A stretch of 64,000 nt of DNA, from contig JALTLO010000177.1 in the NCBI GenBank assembly GCA_027001995.1, forward strand, positions 754 through 64,753, written 5' to 3'. The DNA comes from Planctomycetota bacterium. Lineage in GTDB: Bacteria; Planctomycetota; GCA-002687715; DRQF01. Below are positions 58,469 to 64,000 of the stretch, one piece after another (the first letter of the stretch is position 1; every line of letters starts with the position of its first letter). The notes under the pieces are model-generated. The model was given only the letters and a program-made list of their open reading frames with translations. It had not been told where the DNA came from and did not search any database. The translations under genes and the position numbers were made by a program.

Positions 58469-59380
58469 ATGTCACCAATCGGTAACGAATCCGAATTTCC
58501 CTTCTTGGGCAGGCTCCAAACTGACAAGGAGGGCATCTTGCCTGTTATCTCCCGTGGAGGGCGAGTTTTCACCATTGAATGGCCACGAAACAGGGACAGT
58601 TGGTCTTTGGCATTTCGTCAAGGAACAGCGGGACTTGAATCCCTGGCGAGATTCATTCTGGAGGATACCCGTTGGCAGACTTCCGCCTCGGACCTGGGAG
58701 ATGAAGTCGAGTTGCGGTCAAACTTGTTGCCAATCCTTTGTTCTCCAGGAAAAATAGTGGCTTTGGGGAGGACTTTCCCCGCCCATGCTGTGGAGTTGGG
58801 TAATGAACCGATCAAGGAGCCCCTCATCTTCAATAAGCTGAGTGAGAATATTGTTGGCGACGGTGATGAGCTTGTCATTCCTTGGGTACAGGGAGAACGC
58901 TTTGACAATGAGATCGAATTAGGAATTCTGATTGGAAAGCCTCTTCATTTTGCCAGTCAAGAAGAGGCAGAGCAGGCTTTCTTCGGATGGTGCCAGATCA
59001 ACGATTTTACTTGGCGCAGTGAACAGGGCAGAGCCAAAGGGAAAGGGGCACCCTGGTTTGTTGCGAAGAACTTGCCTCGATGCTTACCCCTAGGAAAGCG
59101 TTTGGTTCTTGCCTCCTCAGAGCTAGACCCATGCTCATGGCGTTTCACCTGCAAGATCAACGGAACTCAAGTGCAGCAAGGGGATTTTGCTGGCATAGGA
59201 CAAGAGCCTGGGGCACTGATTTCTTGGCTTTCCCGGCAATTACCTTTGCATCCAGGGGATCTGATCGCTTTAGGAACACCGAAGGGGGTCACATCCGTGA
59301 AACCCGGGGACATGGTGACGACGGCCATTGAAAACTTAGGAACGCTGACTCATCAGATAGCGGCAGGAAGCCAACAATGA
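58469..59380 (+). CDS. Fumarylacetoacetate hydrolase family protein
   Basis: KIVALGRTF.AHAVELG, EPLIFNK, EIELG, NDFTWR, W..AKN and PGDLIALGTP.GV. Confidence 0.88.
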   Translation: MSPIGNESEFPFLGRLQTDKEGILPVISRGGRVFTIEWPRNRDSWSLAFRQGTAGLESLARFILEDTRWQTSASDLGDEVELRSNLLPILCSPGKIVALGRTFPAHAVELGNEPIKEPLIFNKLSENIVGDGDELVIPWVQGERFDNEIELGILIGKPLHFASQEEAEQAFFGWCQINDFTWRSEQGRAKGKGAPWFVAKNLPRCLPLGKRLVLASSELDPCSWRFTCKINGTQVQQGDFAGIGQEPGALISWLSRQLPLHPGDLIALGTPKGVTSVKPGDMVTTAIENLGTLTHQIAAGSQQ

Positions 59381-60900
59381 ACAAAATTATCTATATCGCA
59401 GTCATGGGGTCCTTCTTCGTGTTGACGCTTTTCGGCCAAGAAACAGAGGTCCAGGCCGAGAAACTCTATAGGGAGGCACGCTACCAAAAGGCCGTATCAG
59501 CCTATGAGAAGCTGATCACCAAGGAAGGGCGAAAGCCGAGTCTCTTGCTGGGCTTGGGAAAGAGCCTTTTTGGTTTGAAAGAAACACGCAGGTCCCAAGC
59601 TCTGTTTCAAGAGGTGATTGGGGAGGATGATTCCATTGGTGCTGCACACTATTGGATGGGCCGTGTTTTAAGTCAGCAGGCTCTGGATGGCATTGAGGCT
59701 GGGCGTCTTTTGGCGTCGGCCGATTTGCGGGATGCCGTTAGCTTCTATCGGGCAGCCTCAAGTCGAGAGAAAGATCCGTTTCGCTCCCATTTTGCTGCTG
59801 GTCGCGCGCTTATGTACCTCTTAGATTTTGATGGCGCGATCCAAGAGCTTCAAGCGGCGAGACGAATTCGTCCTAAGAATCGTGATGTGATGGACCACCT
59901 TTTGGGGGCCTTTTATCGGGGTGAGCGATTCGACGAGTTTCTCCGTGTGGCGCGGGAAGAGAAAATTCCTATGGATCCAATGCGGGAACTTGATGCTGTT
60001 CTTCGGCTGGGCCGAATTGAAGAAGCGAAGAGACTTTTCGTTGGGCTTATTGAAAAGCAGGGCTTTGCTGGACGTAAGGAGCCTTACAACGTCTTGCTGA
60101 AGGTGGGTGAAGATAGCAAGAGACTTCCGGCGATCATCGAGATTCTTCAAGCGCTTCGAGCCAAAGTCCCAGATGAACATTTTGCTTCTTTTTATCTGGG
60201 GTATTTTCAGGGATTGGCTGGCGACTATGTTGGGGCCGAAAGGAACTTGAAGGCCCACTTGAAGATCATGGAATCCAGCTGGATGGCCAGGGTTTATTTG
60301 GCGTCCGCCTTGCGGCTTGATGGGAAGCTGGAGGCAGCAGATAAGGAGATCCGTTTAGCCCTGGCGCGAGTGCCTGAGGCTCCTTTGGCTCAGGAGGGGG
60401 CATCCATGGTTGTGGGAGCTTGGGTCAACAAGAAAGAATTTGAGCGGGCTCTCAGTTTGCATTCTCTTCTTCTCAAAGGGCAAACATCGGCGGCAACCCG
60501 GCGAAATCACGCCATTTTGCTGAAAGAAACTGGTCGACTCAAGGAAGCGATTGCCATACTCCAGGAACTCTGTAATGAGGAAGACGTGGAAGGATTTCGG
60601 CTTTCCAAGTTCTGGAATGACCTTGGGCTTTGCCTCAAAGGCGATGGGCAGCGGGAAAAAGCCAAGGCTGCTTTGCTGAAAGCCACAGAAATCTTCGAGT
60701 TTAACGGGGATGCCTGGGAAAACCTGGGGGTAATAGAGTTCGAGAATAAGGACTATGACGCAGCCCAAAATTCCTTGAAAACGGCCATCAGGGTTCGCCT
60801 GGCGGAAGATAGCCAAAATAAGAAGAATAACTGGCGCGCTCGCTACTATCTGAAATTGGTGAAAAGTGCGAGAATAAGCGTATCGAAGGGAGACTTATAG
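59377..60900 (+). CDS. Exported tetratricopeptide-repeat protein
   Basis: Signal peptide and TPR consensus repeats (AHYWMGRVL, WNDLGLCL, AWENLGVI). ATGA overlap with the FAH gene. Confidence 0.85.
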   Translation: MNKIIYIAVMGSFFVLTLFGQETEVQAEKLYREARYQKAVSAYEKLITKEGRKPSLLLGLGKSLFGLKETRRSQALFQEVIGEDDSIGAAHYWMGRVLSQQALDGIEAGRLLASADLRDAVSFYRAASSREKDPFRSHFAAGRALMYLLDFDGAIQELQAARRIRPKNRDVMDHLLGAFYRGERFDEFLRVAREEKIPMDPMRELDAVLRLGRIEEAKRLFVGLIEKQGFAGRKEPYNVLLKVGEDSKRLPAIIEILQALRAKVPDEHFASFYLGYFQGLAGDYVGAERNLKAHLKIMESSWMARVYLASALRLDGKLEAADKEIRLALARVPEAPLAQEGASMVVGAWVNKKEFERALSLHSLLLKGQTSAATRRNHAILLKETGRLKEAIAILQELCNEEDVEGFRLSKFWNDLGLCLKGDGQREKAKAALLKATEIFEFNGDAWENLGVIEFENKDYDAAQNSLKTAIRVRLAEDSQNKKNNWRARYYLKLVKSARISVSKGDL

Positions 60901-61092
60901 TCGTCCCAAAGATAGCAAAAACAATCATCGTGGTATTGGACTCGCCAAGAGGCTATGAAGGGCGTATCAAGGACACAGGTGCTATGATGATTGGGATAGA
61001 CCGTATCTGTTATTTTGGCAGAGCTTGACTTGTCGAGCTCGAACACAAATTCAGCCTTCGATCTTGAATTGACGAAGGGGAGACTCTGACAC

Positions 61093-62640
61093 ATGAGACG
61101 TTTCATTTGCCCGTTGATCTTGGCTTTTTTTTGTTGCGTGGCGGCATTGCCGACATTTGCTCAAAACGAAGAAAGTAAGGAAGAGACAAAAGCTCCGAAC
61201 AAGGCCAAGCTTTCTCAAGAAGACATCGCCTATTTTGAGCCCTTGTTGAGAGCCTATTTGGACGCAGAAGGACGCGCCGATATCGCCGAGGCCAAAGCAA
61301 GCATTTTACAAGCTATGGACGACTATGCTGAGAAGAACAAAGTGTCTTCTCCAGTGGCTGACTATCAAGCTTGGGTGGATATGTTCGGGCGCTACAACAA
61401 AGAGACTTTCACTCGCAAGAAAGTTTATGCCACCGGCCGAATCAAAACAGAACAGTTCGTCCTTTCTCGTAACGGCGATCATTATCTCTACGAGTACAGT
61501 GTGTTCGTCCCACGAGACTATGACCCGGCGAAGTCTTGGCCTGTTCTTCTTTGCCTTCATGACAAAGAAGCCAAAGGATTAGGCAAGGGTTACATCCAGA
61601 AGGTGTGGCAGGGAACTAAAGAGTCAAAGCTTCTGTGCGAGAACTTTATTATTATCGTTCCTCATATTCCCAAGAAACTTCTCAAGAAGAAAATCAAAGT
61701 CACGATCGCCGGCAAGAAAACTTCAGTTAAGAGTACAGTCAAGAGACTCGATTGGTTTAATAGCTATCACCTTTGGGCCATGGTCCTTCCATTGGTTGAG
61801 ATGCGCAAGAACTACAACTGCGATCCGACACGCATCTTTATCGAAGGTGTGGGGGATGGGGCGGACGCGGCTTTGTCCCTTGCAGCCATGATGCCTGGAC
61901 GTTTCGCCGGTGTTATCGCCAGACACGGAAAACTGCGGACACCACGATTGCTCACCGGGCTCCAGCACACTCCAACTTTGATCTTGGCCAGGGAAGAGGG
62001 CAAGTTTGCCAAAGGTCCAGGTAAGGAATTTCTTGAGATTGCCAATGAAGCAACAAAGGGTGACGTTCAATACGACTCTTTGGAGGTCGTCAAATTCCCA
62101 TCTCTTGGTAAGAAGAAGATCTCCTTGAAGAAGCTTGCCAATCAAAAGGTTGATCCAATCTTGGAGGCGAACGAGCAGATTGCCACTTACTTGACCAAGC
62201 ACGTTCTTGATCCCAATCCAAAGAAAGTCAGGATCACGAGCAACAATCGGGTCTTCCGCTTGCACCCTTTGCTGAAAGTGACTGAGCACGATATCGCCGC
62301 AGGAAATATCCTCGATTGCATCGCAACTTTCGACAAAGAGAAAAACACTGTTGAGCTGACCGGTGAGAATTTTTATGGCGTGTCCTTGTTCATCAGTGAC
62401 GCCGTTCTTGACCTGAGTAAACCAGTTCAGGTTTTGGTCAATGGCCGTCAAGTAGACGCCCGCATCCCCGATCGCAATGCGGCCAAGATGCTGAGCACGT
62501 TCCGCAACGCCAAGACCGATTTTCACCGTGCGATGACCTGCAATATCGTTGTGCCTCGATTTACACTTGAAGTCGAAGAAGACGAGAAAAAGGAAGGCGA
62601 GAAGAAAGCGGGCGAAAAAGAATCTGGGGAGAAAAACTAA
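61093..62640 (+). CDS. Exported alpha/beta-hydrolase-fold (esterase/peptidase-like) protein with a degenerate nucleophile elbow
   Basis: GGAG RBS, signal peptide, YSVFVPRDYDPAKSWPVLLCLH and DPTRIFIEGVGDG...PGRFAGV. Confidence 0.72.
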   Translation: MRRFICPLILAFFCCVAALPTFAQNEESKEETKAPNKAKLSQEDIAYFEPLLRAYLDAEGRADIAEAKASILQAMDDYAEKNKVSSPVADYQAWVDMFGRYNKETFTRKKVYATGRIKTEQFVLSRNGDHYLYEYSVFVPRDYDPAKSWPVLLCLHDKEAKGLGKGYIQKVWQGTKESKLLCENFIIIVPHIPKKLLKKKIKVTIAGKKTSVKSTVKRLDWFNSYHLWAMVLPLVEMRKNYNCDPTRIFIEGVGDGADAALSLAAMMPGRFAGVIARHGKLRTPRLLTGLQHTPTLILAREEGKFAKGPGKEFLEIANEATKGDVQYDSLEVVKFPSLGKKKISLKKLANQKVDPILEANEQIATYLTKHVLDPNPKKVRITSNNRVFRLHPLLKVTEHDIAAGNILDCIATFDKEKNTVELTGENFYGVSLFISDAVLDLSKPVQVLVNGRQVDARIPDRNAAKMLSTFRNAKTDFHRAMTCNIVVPRFTLEVEEDEKKEGEKKAGEKESGEKN

Positions 62641-62643
62641 GTC

Positions 62644-64000
62644 GTGACTGATTCCGAAGTCGAGGCTCCAATACAGGGGAGCGCAAACCTTGGACTCCTC
62701 TTAGCTGTCGCGTTTTTTGCCGGAGCGGGCACTATGCTCCTGGAGGTCTTGGCACCCCGGGTGATGCAGCCTTATTTTGGTGCCTCCACCTTCGTATGGA
62801 CCAACGTCATCGGCGTCATCCTCTTGGTCATGGCCTTGGGGTATAATCTTGGCGGCAGGCTTTCTGAACGGGATGGAGGTTTGCTGAGAATTGCTGGGAC
62901 ACTGGGAGGGGCAGCCCTCTTGATTGTCTTGATCAGACCCTTATTCCCCTTTGTCGCTGAATTTTTACTGCCGAGTGCCGAGAGTTTAGCCAATTCCGAC
63001 GATGCCCGTAGTCGCTTGGAATGGGGCTCTCTTGTTGCTGCGGTCTTCCTGTTTTGTCCTCCAGTCTTGCTGTTAGCGACGATTACTCCTCAGCTTGTAC
63101 AACAAGTGCACCTCAGTGGGCTGACGGTTGGCAGGGCCTCTGGCCGTGTCTTCATGTGGGGAACTTTGGGAAGCCTCTTCGGCACTTTCCTGCCTACTTA
63201 CTGGTTGGTCCCTTCTTTTGGCACATCCGTTAGTCTTTATGTTGCCACGACTTTTCTTTTGATCCCTTCAGCCCTTCTTTTCGTTGGCAACAAGAAAACG
63301 ACTGTGGCATCGTCCTTCATGGTGCTGGCTGCTTTCCTGATATTGGGAGGATCTTCCTTTCGTTCCACAATCCGCCCGGCCTTGGTTGGCGAAGAGGTCC
63401 TTTTGGAAGAAGAGAGCCGCTATCAGTACCTACGGTTGGTGAGGCGGCATGCTGTGGAAGACAGCAACGTGATGGAGACGAAGCTCTGTTTGGATGAGGG
63501 TCTGCTCGACTTTCACAGCGTTGACTGTGAAGGAAAAGTCGGGACGTTGGGGAAGTACTACGACTATTTCGCCTTGTTGCCGACGGCGTTTCCCAAGGAC
63601 AGGAAATTGAGAATCTTGGTGCTGGGAAGCGAAAAAAGCAATATGTCTTCGATGCTCTGTTCTTTTTGGCCTGATCGCGTCGAGCGCATCGTTGACGTGG
63701 AGATTGATCCCCGTGTCATTGCCATGGCCAAAAAACTGGGCCAGGAAAGAGACCCACGAATCGAGTCTGTCGCTATGGACGCCCGGGCCTATGCACGACT
63801 TACCAAGGAAACCTTCGATTTGATCCTGGTGGATGCATATGCTCGGCAAGTTGACATTCCTTTTCACATGACCACCGTTGAGTTCTTCCACTCCCTGTCA
63901 GAGATTCTTACTGACGACGGCATCGTTGCTTTGAATGTCAGCGTCAAGAATGTGGAAGCAGAGCTGACTCAAGCCCTTTTTTTGTCTATGAGCTCGGGGG
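62644..64000 (+). CDS. Fused MFS-like membrane domain/spermidine-synthase-like protein, truncated by the window end and missing from the ORF track
   Basis: Manual translation from GTG 62644: MLLEVLAPRVMQPYFGASTFVWTNVIGVILLVMALGYNLGGRLS, GTLGSLFGTFLP, ESRYQYL, VEIDPRV, DARAY, FDLILVDAY and IPFHMTTVEFF. Confidence 0.9.
   Translation, partial: MTDSEVEAPIQGSANLGLLLAVAFFAGAGTMLLEVLAPRVMQPYFGASTFVWTNVIGVILLVMALGYNLGGRLSERDGGLLRIAGTLGGAALLIVLIRPLFPFVAEFLLPSAESLANSDDARSRLEWGSLVAAVFLFCPPVLLLATITPQLVQQVHLSGLTVGRASGRVFMWGTLGSLFGTFLPTYWLVPSFGTSVSLYVATTFLLIPSALLFVGNKKTTVASSFMVLAAFLILGGSSFRSTIRPALVGEEVLLEEESRYQYLRLVRRHAVEDSNVMETKLCLDEGLLDFHSVDCEGKVGTLGKYYDYFALLPTAFPKDRKLRILVLGSEKSNMSSMLCSFWPDRVERIVDVEIDPRVIAMAKKLGQERDPRIESVAMDARAYARLTKETFDLILVDAYARQVDIPFHMTTVEFFHSLSEILTDDGIVALNVSVKNVEAELTQALFLSMSSG

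Noticed and set aside
1..64000. CRISPR arrays, tRNA (including selC), rRNA, IS elements and prophage genes
   Set aside because: None recognised by eye in the intergenic regions or ORFs. A covariance-model scan would be needed to exclude small RNAs.

Overview
A gene-dense bacterial chromosomal window with about 52 CDS. I saw no rRNA, tRNA, CRISPR array or mobile element. The gene content (FG-GAP protein, Ser/Thr kinase-TPR, ECF sigma factor, HEAT-repeat proteins, eukaryote-type UDP-HexNAc pyrophosphorylase, ddl) suggests a Planctomycetota/PVC organism; this is an inference. Core blocks are recA, rpmF-plsX-fabH-fabD-fabG-acpP-fabF, UAP-ddl-thiE-thiL, cca and dxr-rseP-ubiA. The best candidate for something new is selenium biology in the first 15 kb. 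(1) The 346-aa exported protein at 10325-9285 (minus) stops at UGA straight after Gly-Gly-Cys. The frame stays open for 48 more codons, a SECIS-like stem-loop follows the UGA, and the terminator lies after the later TAA. This predicts an unannotated 395-aa selenoprotein with a GCUG motif. (2) About 4 kb away is a translationally coupled operon: methyltransferase, YdjC deacetylase, SenB/GLT1D1-like glycosyltransferase and MiaE. It may make a modified seleno- or thio-sugar. Other points of interest are an MBOAT plus double-SGNH acylation system coupled to mmuM, a pilin-like gene coupled to two dynamin-like GTPases, a terminator/antiterminator between acpP and fabF, and four enzyme homologues with degenerate catalytic motifs. 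All family calls come from motif recognition by eye, with no database searches.
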